A stretch of DNA of 64,000 nt from contig NC_087436.1 in NCBI RefSeq assembly GCF_036321535.1, positions 14,198,001 through 14,262,000 of the forward strand. The letters are read 5' to 3'. The translations under genes and the position numbers were made by a program. Origin of the DNA: Camelus dromedarius (taxonomy: Eukaryota). Shown here piece after piece: positions 20,879-33,962 of this stretch. Under the pieces are notes generated by a model, which was not told where the DNA came from, searched no databases, and was given only the letters and a program-made list of their open reading frames with translations. Within the stretch, counting starts at the first letter, position 1, and each line of letters begins with the position of its first letter.

Positions 20879-23659
20879 CTTACAAACACAACACCAGCGA
20901 TATGTCCTTGGAAGTGTCTGGGAAAAGCGAGGGGCATGAGAACTTGAGCTCCAAGGTAAACCCATTTCCAATTTTACCTCTATATCAGAGATTCTTGAAT
21001 CCATATTGCCCCTGTCAAAGCTCAAGTCCAAGTTAATTGTCGAAAAGTCAACTCAGCTGTCTCTCAAAACTAGTATTCTTCCTGCCTGCACCCCTTTCTT
21101 AAGACCTGATTTTTAAAATTCAAAATCCCAGCTTTCCTCTGGGTTCTTTTTCTGTTTTAAATTCCTTATATCTAATTACACCCAATTGTTGCTCTTTCTC
21201 AAGTAAGATCTCTTGCATCTGTGCTTTATGTCCACAGCCACTACACTAGCCCCGATCAGAGGAAGGGGGAACCAAGATTTTTTTGCTATGTGTCAGGCAT
21301 CGCACTTGCTTCTCACAACCATCTTAAAAACCCCACTTTCTGTCTTTTCCAGCTTAGACAAGTTAAACTGGACTCCTGCCTTCCCACTGCCTGAGCATTC
21401 CTTCTGCCCCTCTTCTCTTCTCCTGACTCTGCTTTCAGGTCAGTGCTTTTAAAATCTGATGGCATCATGTTACTTACCTGTTCCAAACCTCCATATAGGT
21501 CCACATAGTTGCCTCCAGGGAAGAGGCGGCAGTCTTCAGTCTGACACTTGGGTAGCACCCTGCCTCCACCTTGCTTCCACAATCTGAAGCATCCCATTTT
21601 GCTCAAGCAGCATTGTGTGCTTCCCTGGAATGTGATGCACTCATTTTGACTCTTATTTTCTGTGTTGTGCATATTAGGTGGCAAAAATACTTGAATAGAG
21701 CAGAGTGCAACTCTCAAATACAGTTAATTTCCCATTGATTGGATCTGAGACTGCCAATCTAGCGGATAATTTATTCTTCATTTATTAATTGTTAGCCACG
21801 CCTTCATCTCAGCTAAGTTTGTGCTCGGGAGTTAAGATCTGCCATTCAGTTGTATCCCAGAAATATGCCTGCCCCTCTATCTGCAAGGAAGGCTGGAAAG
21901 ATGCCTGGAGTCAGGCTGCCCAAAGTCCAAGCAGCCCCTGGAATTTGTGGCTTGGAGTTTATTGCTGCCACTGCCAGGCTCTTAAGCAGGGGGCAGTGTG
22001 GCCAGACCTCTCAGGATGCATGGCAGGTGCTTAGAGTGGCCTCCCAGGTGCCAGCTCTAAGCCCTACTATAGAATTCTGTTTGCAGCCTTTCCTTCCCTC
22101 TCCCAGGCTGTTCCTTCCGGATTGCTCCATTTCCATTACCCAGTTCATTTTCTTTCTTCTATCTTCTCCTCCTCAGCCCTGAGAGGTTTTCATTTTCTCT
22201 GTCATCAGACTTGAATCTGTCATTAGGAGCCACTAGACAAAGCCTTCCAACTAAAATGAAACAAATGTCAGGATCCGTTCTAAAGAATACCTTACAGCTC
22301 TAAAAAAGGCTCGTTTGCTCAAGGAGTAAGTCTAATCCATCAGCTGACTTCTTGGAGCCATGGGGCCAGAATGGACACAAAGAAATGAGTCCCCTCGGGC
22401 AAAGGGTTGAGACATTACACTGATTTTTAAACCTCTCTCTCTCTGATACAGACTGAGCTTTATTTAATTTTTACTCTTCTTAAAACAGATATCTGATGAG
22501 ATCAGCTGTTCAGTAGATTATAGGCTATGTCTTTGCTCTTAAAACTGGAAACTGCAAAAGAAACAAACAAATGCTACCAACTCTGTAGTTGGACAGACTT
22601 GCAGACAAATGCAAAGACTCAAAAACACTTCCAGCACCAGCCATTTCAAAGAGAAATTGCTAGGCCTTGTTTACTTCAGAGGATGGAAAGTGTAAAACAA
22701 ATAAAATCAGTAGAATTTTTACTGTCACTGTGAATGCAAATTTGCAGCCAGTATCTTATTGGCCAAATGCTGACTGCATTACTAGAATTTTTCAAACAGC
22801 TTTGAGCTGAGAAAACAATGCTTTATTTTTGTAGGCTAAGAAATTTAAATAGCAAGTGGCCTTTAAATATAGTAAATAATGACTAGGTTCTGATTGTTAA
22901 GAGGTAGACACTTTGTGTCTGGATGCTAAGTAGTGATTTCTGAAAGTTTGAAATAGAAAATGTTTCCACACGCGGTGCTGATATCCGTGGAGGCAGTTAC
23001 GGCATTTCCTTTGCTGGAAATAAATACAGGTAGTTTGTCAATAACAATGCCTGGTTTGTTTGAGGATAGGAGGGATTACAGACAATCCTTGCCCAATGTA
23101 TAGGACTGAGGTAATTATGACCCTGGTTCCCATGACCCTTTCCCCATCTGTCTGTTTTTTTTTAGAGCAAATGGTCCGTTTTCTCCTTTTTAAGGGGTGT
23201 GTATGTGTGTGTGTGTGTAGACAGGGATGGAAGAGGAGACTAAAGTAAGAGAAAAGGTGTCTGTACCACTGAGTTTTCACCCAGAAAACCTTTAGCTGGG
23301 CTTTTTCTTAGCTTACAGTTGGTACAGTGGTTAGAAACCTGGTTGGTATTAATTATAAACGTAACATCTGGCTGTTATGACATTCAATTTTTGAGGAGAA
23401 AAAGAGCTTTAAAATGTAACATGAAAGCGTATCACTTTTTTCCATTATCCATCATCAAAAACAAGTCTGTGAGTTTCACTAAAAGGAATTAAAGAGTATA
23501 TGTCAGATGCCAATTTCTTCCGCTACAGGTTCCAACTGTTTCCAAGTTGTTTACCTTCTAAGAAGTTAGAAAGGCAAACAGTAATTTGAAACCATAACAC
23601 ACACAGTAGAAGCTGTCCACAAACAGAAACCCAACGAACAAACAATATTGAGATGTGAT

Positions 23660-23660
<1 letters not shown>

Positions 23661-23694
<34 letters not shown>
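23661..23694. repeat. (GT)17 microsatellite
   Basis: Read directly from the sequence. Confidence 0.95.
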
Positions 23695-23698
<4 letters not shown>

Positions 23699-24721
23699 GG
23701 GGAAATACTATGTGCATGTCCGGTGCAAGACTTGGTAGGGCATATGAAGGTGGGAGAAAGGACATGCTGGTGACTTAGCAATTTATAAAGCCATTTTTAC
23801 TCACCTTGGAAACTGAGTCTGTACTTAAGTCTAGTGGACCAGTTATAAACAATCTCTCTGCACTAAGCTTCCATTTTAATCAGAAGGTAAATACTCTGGA
23901 TATGATAGCAAAGAATAAAGCCAGTCCACAGCAATTAGTATCTTAATATTCCTCAAGCCAGATTTATAAAAATAATGAAAAAGGAGCATTTTTGGAGAAA
24001 GTGAAGAGAGTGAGCTTTCCGGTGGGAACACCATGATTCAGGGTTTGACCAACTTTGGCCACAAAGAGGACCCCTATCAAAACACTCAGCATCAACATTA
24101 GGTCACATATGTATCGTCAGTGGGCTGACCAGGCTAAAACTGAAGAGGGTGCATTGGAGTGGAACCTAGGACTTCCCTTGGGAACCTTGAAACACTTTAC
24201 TCCTAGCTTGCTGGTTTCCTCCTGACCCAAGAGGCTCCTCGATTTAATCTGTGTGGTGCTACACGTTCAGTCATTTGTAGTTTTAAATGGATGAAAAAAT
24301 TTCCCCTCACATTTCTAAGTTTGTTTTATCTAGTGTTTTTGTGCCTCTGATCAACTTTTGTGAGTTAAATTGTATGTCATTTCATAAAATAAGAGCAAAG
24401 TTGACCTACACAAAGTATTTCTCTGTTGGTGGTGATTTCTCAGGATGAGGCTAGGGAAAAGAGCAAATGACTTTATTTTTCATTTTTCTTGTTTGGTTTT
24501 CTAAAGAAAACTCTGGACTCACCGCCCACTGCATCCCTCTGTTAAAGGCACAGGTGGACGGATTTCTGAATTTTTGACTTTTGAACTGTGTTGTGCTTTC
24601 TGTGGGATAATTGATGGGGAGTGTTGCTCCAGGTGTCTGGTTTGTATGAGGCAGGGGGGCAGGGGATGCTGGAGGCAAACACACAGTTAAACACAGGACT
24701 TGAATTTACACTGCACGGTGG

Positions 24722-24754
<33 letters not shown>

Positions 24755-24886
24755 GTTGTCAATAGCTTCAACAACAACAACAAAAAGGTAACTTCTCTTC
24801 CCAGGGAAACTGAATACACTCTCACTGTGGATTCTTATTTACTTTAATATTTGAGGTCACAGAGATACATCAGACTTGTAATTTCC

Positions 24887-25003
24887 TTTTTAGGGGGAAG
24901 TAATCAGGTTTATTTAATTATTTATTTAATGGAGGTACTGGGGATCGAACCTGGGACCTCCTGTGCGCTAAGCATGCACTCTGCCACTGAGCTATACTCT
25001 CCC
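24887..25003 (-). mobile_element. tRNA-Ala-derived SINE (Vic-1 type)
   Basis: Reverse complement of the same element (GGAGGTACTGGGGATCGAACC...CCACTGAGCTATAC). Confidence 0.85.
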
Positions 25004-26463
25004 TGCGCCAGAAAAGCACAGAAAATGCTAAATGTTCCCACAGCTCATTTCCCTCTTCCTCCTCCCCATTATCAAAGATTGGAACGTATTTTCTAGTTTT
25101 GCATTTTTTCCTTTATAAGCGTGCCGTCTTCATGGTTGATCTCAATAAGGAGACTAATATCCAAGAGCCCTGCTTGCCTGCTGGGCAGAATCAGGTTAAA
25201 CTTTGTCTCCTGGGGCAGAGAGGGAGGTCAGAGGAAGGAATTTTCCTGGCAGCTCCACTGCACAGGAGCTCATAAAAAAGGGGGCCCTTGTGATCCCAGG
25301 TCCATGGTACAGAGTCTACAGAAGTCACTTGATGGTTCAAAGACCTTTGTCCTGTGTGACAGGCTGGGTTGAGGCACCATAAAGAAATCAGAGGGGCTAA
25401 CTGGGGGGAACAGGGGCATAAGTGGGAGCAGGGGAGCCATGCAGATAATGACTCACCCCCTAATTTTTATTAGCATCCAGATTGTTAACACAAGTCACAT
25501 GTTTCTCTACTTTGGCCAGAGCTCTGGAGATAACCACCAATGACATTGTTTGCATGTGTCTTCCCTGTCAGAGTAAGCTGATTGATTCTGCATTAGGCTA
25601 CAATCATCGAACTCACAGTAAAAGACTTCTACCAGAATTGTCTTCAAATTCCCAAAAGCCATTTTTGCAGATGCTAAGCCTTACCTGGGGAACCTTGAAA
25701 CTCTAGGTACCCCAGTCCTCGTATGCCTCGTTTAATACACACATGTGAGCAGCTAGGCAACTAGTTAGTTTCTTTTCCTTCTCAAAAATCGGAGAGCTCA
25801 GGTTAACCTCCAGATGGAAACTAAGTCATATATTTGGGCCAACAATTCTCCCCTCAAAACCTAGAAGCTACAGACAAATTCTGTCTCTTTGTCCAAATAC
25901 TCTAGTGCTACTTGGTAAAAAGGAATCAAACATTCTGTTGGACTGAATGGTATTGGGGGGAAAAGTGTTAAGATTCAAAGCCTACTAAGAAATAAGACTA
26001 TACTATGAGATTTGATTTATGTGAGTTTTCATTTGACCACGTGGATAGAACTGTTTCAATGGACGGAGCCGCCATGGTAGGAGGGTAAAATCACCCTTCT
26101 GCACCCAACACACACGTTTGCACAAAACATTCCAATTTGGAGCTGAAGGCTGGCTGCTTCCATGTTCAACCACTAATAGCATGTATTCCCCACACCATAC
26201 ACTCCCAGGATTTGCACGGCTCCAGGAAATTCAACCATTATTGTTATTTTTAAAATCATCGTCATTGACAGAACTGAGTGCCTTTGGTGTGCAAGGCCCA
26301 GGGAGGGCTACACAAATATTCAGAACAGTTCTGTCCTCAAGAGGCATCTATAATCCAGCAGGGAATTCACCAGAGGAGACTCAAGCTCTTTGAGGTAGGA
26401 TATAAAAGCACACAAAGAAAATATTTTATGGTTTAAAATTTTTTTTTAATTAAAATAAAAAAA

Positions 26464-26624
26464 TTTATTTTATTTTATTTTATTTTATTTTATTTTAGGG
26501 TGGAGATTAGGTTACTTATTTGTTTATTTATTTATCCATTTATTTAAATAGAGGTATTAGGGATTGAATCCAGGACCTCATGCATGCTAGGCACACACTC
26601 TACCACTGAGCTATCCCCTGCCCT
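26464..26624 (-). mobile_element. tRNA-Ala-derived SINE (Vic-1 type) with (TTTTA)n tail
   Basis: GGGATTGAATCCAGGACCTCATGCATGCTAGGC...CTACCACTGAGCTAT, preceded by a TTTTA repeat. Confidence 0.85.
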
Positions 26625-28809
26625 CCCATTTTAAGACAATCTTAATGATTAAAAAAACATTAAAAGGCAGAAAAAGTGTACATATAAATGCTGAAGAAAT
26701 GCAGGCATGCACAGGCCAGTCACATGAAACATTTCAGAAGACATACTGCTATCCAAGCCAGAGCCACGCCACCTGGCGCTGGACTGAAAACACCTCCAGC
26801 TTGGACACAGCTTGGGAAGAAGAGTGATTGGAACTGAGTTCTTCCTTCTGAAATTTGATACAGAGGATTGAGAATTGAAGTATGCAGCTTGGATCCTCTT
26901 CTTTAGGGCTGCACCAAAGAGACAGGGATTCCTGATTTCAAACGAGGAGAGACAAGCCCACCCTTGGAGAGACTGTCTGCTCAGGCAAACTGCTCCCGCA
27001 GGTGAGGTGCACAAGATTCCAAAGAGGCTACTGCGAGGAAATAAGATATTATAATAACGAAAAGTCGGCACACTAGAAATTAAGTCAATTCATGAAGGAA
27101 ATTTTTCCTAATGAGTTGGGCGGGCCCAGCTCACCACTTGGGAACAGAAATTCACATAAAATTGAGCTAAACGGACTAAACAGGCAGAGTTCTTCCTCGA
27201 AGAGGTCAAGGTCAGTGTCGAGGTCACTGGCAAGGAAGTCGGGGGTGGCTTGGACTGAAGCTACTGTGTCTCGGGGAAAAAGGCTTGTTTTCACTGCTCT
27301 AGCCTTGAGCATAAATGGGGGCTCCAAAGCTTGAAAACCCGAAGAGGAACAACAGACTCTTATTATGTCACTTCTTTTTTTTTTTTTAAGGACAAAGAGG
27401 CAAGTTAGGACCACAGCCTGCTGTAAAGCTTTAATATCTTACTTTCCCTTGTCAGTTTAGGCAAGGTCCTCCGTATACATATATAAAAGTTTTATCATTA
27501 GACTTACAGCTCTTGGTGTGCAATTTCTAACTGATTTCTCTTCTTTTATGGTTGGCTTAATGGGAGGAAAATGCTGAACTTCACAAAGACAATGTAGTGA
27601 GCTGTTTCAAAGTTTAGAGAATCCGAAGACAGATTTTTTTTTTTTTTCCAAAAGGCCATACATACCATGGGGAAAATTTAAATGACAAATTAAAGGCCAG
27701 GCCTTCTCTGGTAGCCAACACCAGCCCAAGGAGGAATTGCTGGAGCCACTTCAGGGACTCTCTGACCCTCTTGAGGGTGTTAGTGGAGTCAGGTGAAGAA
27801 AGGCATGTTGACCGGTGTGTTCAGCAAATACTCATGACCTTTCAAACCTACACAGATTTGTTTTTTTTCCAACTCACCTAGTATTACCAGTGATTATATA
27901 GTAACCGTTGCCATGGTAAAAACTCAATTCTCAAAACATCATCTGGGCTTTTTTTTTTTTTTTTCTTTCCCTGCTTCTATGACTGATGTAAACTATTTGG
28001 AAAATTTTAATCCACAGGATTTTCCTTGTTCTGACCTAAGGTAGGGGTGAGGGAACTGGAAATAGAGACTTGGAGAACAATGTAAACATCCATTATTTAT
28101 TTGGGGAGTTCTTTAAAGAGTTAAGTTATTTTATCAATTTTACAAGTGTGAATTAGGGACAATTTGTCCAGTTCTTAAAATATCTTTTCAGATTGAAAGT
28201 AAGTTATTAAAAATTACCAGTGTACAAATATAACTTATTTTAAACAGTCTAAGTTGTTATAGTAAGTGAAGCTATAAGCAGCTAAGTTTTAAGAAATCTA
28301 GGAAGTAGTACAGAGTAGCACGTATGCTTATTTATGACTAAATGAAAAGGAGAAAAAATTGAGACAAGAATAATTGGTAGTACGCTAACACAAAGTTAGA
28401 GTTTGATTTGGGGTTTTAACTTCCTGTATAGTTTCAAATAGCCATTTAGAAAGTTGAGGAGAAAAAGGAGAAAGAAAAATCTAGCTTAGTGGATGTATGT
28501 TTTCCTACATGACTTTTTCTAACTGGTCTCATATCCTGAGACCAGTTATTTCTGCTTCTTCAAATGTCCTGTTTCTGTGATCTTCACTGACAAACAGAAA
28601 ACTGTTCAACTTTACACTTTCTTGAATTTCTGTGCTTCCAAGTGCAAAGCAGATTCTTTCACATGCTGGTGGAGGGGTTCTGATAGCTGCAGGGCTGAAG
28701 CAGGTGATGTCACCGTAAACAAAAGCAGTCCCTGATTGCCACCCTGTGCAAGAGGGAAGACAGCAGGATCCTACCTGCATTTCTGGACCAAATATCCTAG
28801 TTATTTCCT

Positions 28810-29710
28810 TTCTCATTTTTATTATGAAAAATTTCAAAAAAGGAAAAGTTAAAAGACTTGCACAATGAAACCCCACGCATCCACTACCTATTTGAATTGC
28901 TAACATATGGCCATGTTTACCTGAAGATCCCTCTCTCCTTCCTTTTCTCTTGCCCCCAGCTTTCTCTCCAAACATGTGAGCAAATATATGAATGTATATA
29001 TTTTTTGCTGAACCATTTAAAAGTAAACTGCAGACATCACACCACTTCACTTTTAAATATTTTTTAAGCATGCATCTCCTAGGCTATTCCTCTACAATAC
29101 CACAATCACACCTAAAAAAATTAACGAGAAGCCCCTAGTTGTATCAAATACACAAATTACTCAGTTGTTTCCCAAAATTTTTATACAGCTATTTTTTGAA
29201 TTATAAAGTCTCTTTTATTTTATAACAAATTTCTAAAATATTTTTTTTCTTTTGTGACTTTTTGAAGAAACCACACCAATTATCTTGCAGACTGTCCAAG
29301 ATTCTGGGTTTGTCCAATTAATTCCTCATGTTTTCATTTAATTTGTTCTTTACCTGCCTGCCCCGGTATTTTCTGTTCACTGGAATTTAAGGCAAAAGGC
29401 CTGATAACAATCTTCCCAGCAGGAATATCTCACAAGTGATGTTGCATAATTTCTACTGCATCATTTCTGGAGGTACATGATTGTCAGGTTATTAGCGATG
29501 CTAACTTTGATCACTCGAGTTAGATGGTAAGCACAAAACTCTGATGAATGGCATCTTCTCGTTCACACTGAGTCATCTGTGGGGTAATACTTTGTATTAT
29601 GGACATAATCTGTTTTCTTTCAATCACTAATGACTTTAGCATCCACTGGAGATCCCTATGTGAATCAATATTTCAGTAGGGACTGCAAAATGGTAATTTT
29701 TCTGTTTGCC
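28810..29710 (-). mobile_element. Old L1 (L1MC/ME-like) fragment
   Basis: TTTTATTATGAAAAATTTCAAA...CTGAACCATTTAAAAGTAAACTGCAGACATC...GATGCTAACTTTGATCACT. Confidence 0.65.
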
Positions 29711-31419
29711 AATATCTCTAGGTTAAAAAAAAATGGTGATTCATCTGTAAACATCCTAGTAACTTGGGTAGCACTCTGACATAGATTTAGAATAAGTTAC
29801 AAATGTACCGACTCCTTTGTAACTCAAATGAAATGGTGGTGCAATCATCAAATGCTTTTCTGCATTTTAACTTTCTATCAAAAACCGGACACATTTTTAT
29901 TACATAGCTCTTGTGAGCGAAGAACTATGCAAAGAGTTGAGGATTCAGGGTGAATCAAAAGCATACACTGTGCCCTTCTCAAGAGCTTAGAGTCTAGCCA
30001 TAATAAGTACATATATACTCGTCAAAGGAAAGAGGTATAATTATCTGCCTAAAACTTTAGGTAGTTTTTCATAAAAAGCTTCCTAATATGGAATTATAAG
30101 TCATTTAGGGGGAGAATCAAAATCAAGTCACATATATAAAAATAATTTGAGGACTTAAGTCATTATTCTAAAAATTTCATAATTTTAAAACTTTTCAGCA
30201 AAGCCAACAGGATTAAAGTTACCTTCCCTCACCCTACCCTGTAGTATCTTCCACTCCTTTTTTTTTTTTAACAGTGAGTTTGCTTTTTCTTTAAAACTTC
30301 GATAATCAAAGCTCTAAGATATAGTGAAGACTAGTACGGGTTACATTTTACTTCCCTATATGTACCCCTCACCCCTCACCCCAACCCCTCCCACCTCCCA
30401 CCCTCTTCCCTCCTACCCCCTGTGCCAGTGTGGTGTACATTTGACCCCTAAGATATTTATACAAACATACACTTGTAGCAAAGCAAAAGTCTGTTAAGGA
30501 AAGTTACTTTTGTGTCTAACATCAATGAAGTGGTATCTTGTTCTTTCATCTTTCCAATGAATCAATAACTCGTGATAAACCCACGGTTGCAGAAAGCTTA
30601 CAATCTTTGCCAGAGGATGCTTATGGCAAAGCCTAGCTTGAGCCCAAACAAAACAAACTTTGGCTTAATTACTATTATTATTTTTACTGGAAGTTTCATT
30701 TGTAAAAATGTCACTGACATTCACCAGCTCTGATGGCATATCAATTGTCAGTCAATTAAGGAACAGTGATGGTTGTCAGACTGGGTCTAACTTCCCTTGC
30801 TCATCTGGAGTCTCCTCTTTCCGCAGCAGAGTTAGGACCAGAATAACAAATAGTTCTCACTTAACACACATAAACTGCTAAGAGCCAACCTTCATTTCAT
30901 AAAAACAAAGCTGAATGTCATAGTTTTCTGTACATTAGGAGAAACACTTGGCACTTGATTATAAAGACTCATTTATGTCAGGAAACCTTCAAGTGGGAAC
31001 ACAGAATAGAATTTAATGAAAGTCCTTAAAGGAGGAAAGTTGTTTGCACTGTCATTCTATTTTAACAGGTCTTACTATGTTGTAAAAATAGTCTAGGAAC
31101 TATGGCCCTTGGAAAAGCTTTGAACTAATGAAAAATATAACTGGACTTCTGATCAGAAAATAGCCTATTTACAACTGAATAGTCTTAGCCAAATAAAAAT
31201 TTGCAATCTTACAGGGTGAATAATTAAAAAAAAAAAAAAAGCCTTTGGTTAGAATTGAGTGATGAAGGATCTTGGATGGTCTCAACTCTCGTAGGCAACC
31301 GGAAGGTTCAAGAAAAGAGCTAGTGGCAAAAGATATTAAGGAATATTATGACAAAATGCAGGAATTCTTAGTACTTCACAAAAATGAGTACAAATTATAC
31401 ACAAATGTTGCACTGAACT

Positions 31420-33806
31420 TGCAATTTAGATAATTTGCTTTTATTTTTCACACCTACAGTCATCTTCAGTGGAGGGTAAAGGAGACTGAGCACAAAAGGT
31501 AGACCCTTTATTCTTCAAATTAACAATCCCATGATTAAAAGATTTATCTTTAGCTTTTCAATATGCATAATTTTACTTTATATAGTCCTTTTTGGGTTTA
31601 CATGATTTCTTTTTCAGAACACATTAAGATCAGTGGATTGTATATACTTTGAAATATATCTAATATGACTCTATTTGGGGGTGGACTGTGTTTTTCAATT
31701 GAGAAGGCATTTAGACATAGTGCTTTAGAGAAGAAATGATACTCTTGACACATTGATTAATCATGCAGTTGAAATGGCAGGATTTAAAGGGGAATTCATA
31801 CATTTAGTTGCAAATTCCCATTTGGCATTACATTTGGAGACGGGGGTTGACTAAGACAGTTTAATAGGTTTTTGGTCCTTTGTGTCTTCATCTGTATAAA
31901 AAAAAAAAAAGGGGCCTTAAACTCAGAGACTAAAAAAAAGTCTCTAAGGAAACTTCTAGTTTCACTCTATGGGATAAGCTTCAGTAACAGTCTCAGTGTT
32001 CTCAGTGCACCATTTTTTGTCATTGTTTTTAATGACAAATCACATGTTTTTCCAACTAGTTACTTCTTACTTTAAATCATGAAGAGCCAGGGAAAGGAGG
32101 TACTGCAGCAAACACTTTTAATAAGAATACAAAATTCACACCAGAGGCACATTCTGGGGAATGTAAATGAACTATCACAAGTAGTAATTCTGCTGGAAGA
32201 ATAAAATAAGGCTCTCTCAGAGTACAAATATACAGGAGGGAATGATTTAAAATAGCTTTATGATTTACAGTCACATACATTGTATTAAGCACTGAAAACA
32301 GGCATATTAATTAAAAAGCCAGCTAAATGGCATTTGAACATATATAACAAATCTTACAGTCCACAAAGTTCATGTATTAACAGTAATTTTAAGTACTTCA
32401 TTTCAACACAAAAGAAATGAACAGGTGAAGCGATACCTCTCAAAATATTAATTTATGTCTATGACAAAAATCAAGAGAACTTATATTTTAAAAGGATTAC
32501 ATTAGTGATAAAACCTCACAGCAGACAGGCCAACCACAGAACACAAAACCAATGGTGCTGAGCAACTGAAACAGTATTGGCTTCCCCAGCCCCTTCCTTC
32601 TTGCTACCACCACACGGACCCACGTCACCTTTCCTTTACTCAGACGAACAGGAGTCCTCACTCCGCAAAAGGAATGAAGAAAAAACAAACAGCAAATTCA
32701 AAAGTTGATTTCTCCATAAACCTTCAATGTGGTTTAACAAATACAAAGAAACTCAACACTTATGCACAGTGCTCCTTTCCAAGGAAGGAACAGACGCATC
32801 GAACATTATCTGAAAGGGGCTTTCTTTATGGACTTATGTACACTGGTTGAATGAGAATTACTGCATCTGAGAAGGCACATATCTGTGATTTAAGGCTTAA
32901 CCGGTATTGTTACATATGGAAGTCAATGAAAGCTATCTAGGAATTCACTTCTGTCAAAATGGAATTTACCCAAAAAACTAGCTTTCTAAGCACAGATTTC
33001 TACTCTAGAAACCATCAGGAATTTCTATTCTCAAGTCTACCTGTCAAAAAAAAATTCTTTAAGCACGTTTCATTATGAATCAAAAGAAATTGCTAACATA
33101 ACCATTCCATGACTCTGGGTGACGCAAATTCATAAGCTCAGGAGCCTCAGAAATGACAGTGTGATTCCTGCGTCTTTAAGGAAAAGTCTCAGCAAAATTA
33201 CAATGGTACAGATTCACTTTTAAAAAGGTATTTGCCACAACTCCACAAGCCAGTCAGTCATTCATTAGAGCTGCCGCCTCTGTGCGGATGTTGCAGGAAC
33301 ACCATATAATTTTACTCTGCAAAATAGTTTCTTTTTTCTTTAAGATAATACATGAAAATGAATCTCTTAAAGATGTTTAATATATTCATATATAAAATAT
33401 CTGATGTTGATACAAATCGTGTAAACCTCCCTTTGGAAAAGTTACAACAGGTCCTCGGTTGCAGGACCAAAAACCTTGAATTTTTGTCTTGTCAGTGCAA
33501 ATCTATATTAGGTGTTTTCAAACTACAGAAATAGCCATCAACCCTCACAATACAAAAAGATATCTCAAAAAGGAAAATTACTGTGTTCAGATTATAGAAA
33601 TTATGTTTACATTAAAACTACCCACATTCCCATCAAATTTAACAGTTCAATTGTTAAAGTATGAAAAGGGAAAAATTAAAGCTGTTTGTGCAAGAATCAC
33701 TACAATGGTTGTCACCCTTTTCCTCTTCCCCCGCTTCTGCTTAATTCTTACTAGGTTTATCTGGAAATATAACAATCTGACTTTCTTTGTTCCCCCAGGT
33801 GTGATT
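31420..33806 (-). other. ARFIP1: ARFIP1 3'UTR (distal end uncertain)
   Basis: AT-rich, repeat-poor stretch after the stop codon; minus-strand poly(A) signals ATTAAA 32117-32122, AATAAA 31507-31512 and AATAAA 31440-31445. Confidence 0.65.
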
Positions 33807-33962
33807 TTACTGTTCTTCAAGCCAAGATGGGGCATCCACTCCAGGGGTTTTCAATTTGATATGGAACTGTTTAAGTGTCTGTTCAAGCTGCTTCTGATTC
33901 CCAGCAAAGTAGGCGGCAATGGCATTGTGGAAAAGGACCAGCTGATTGTGCAATACTTTAAC
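33807..33962 (-). CDS. ARFIP1: ARFIP1 final coding exon
   Basis: Acceptor ctctgccctgttcacag| then VKVLHNQLVLFHNAIAAYFAGNQKQLEQTLKQFHIKLKTPGVDAPSWLEEQ*, the typical arfaptin PSWLEEQ C-terminus; phase 0 matches the previous exon. Confidence 0.96.
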   Translation of the reverse strand, partial: VKVLHNQLVLFHNAIAAYFAGNQKQLEQTLKQFHIKLKTPGVDAPSWLEEQ

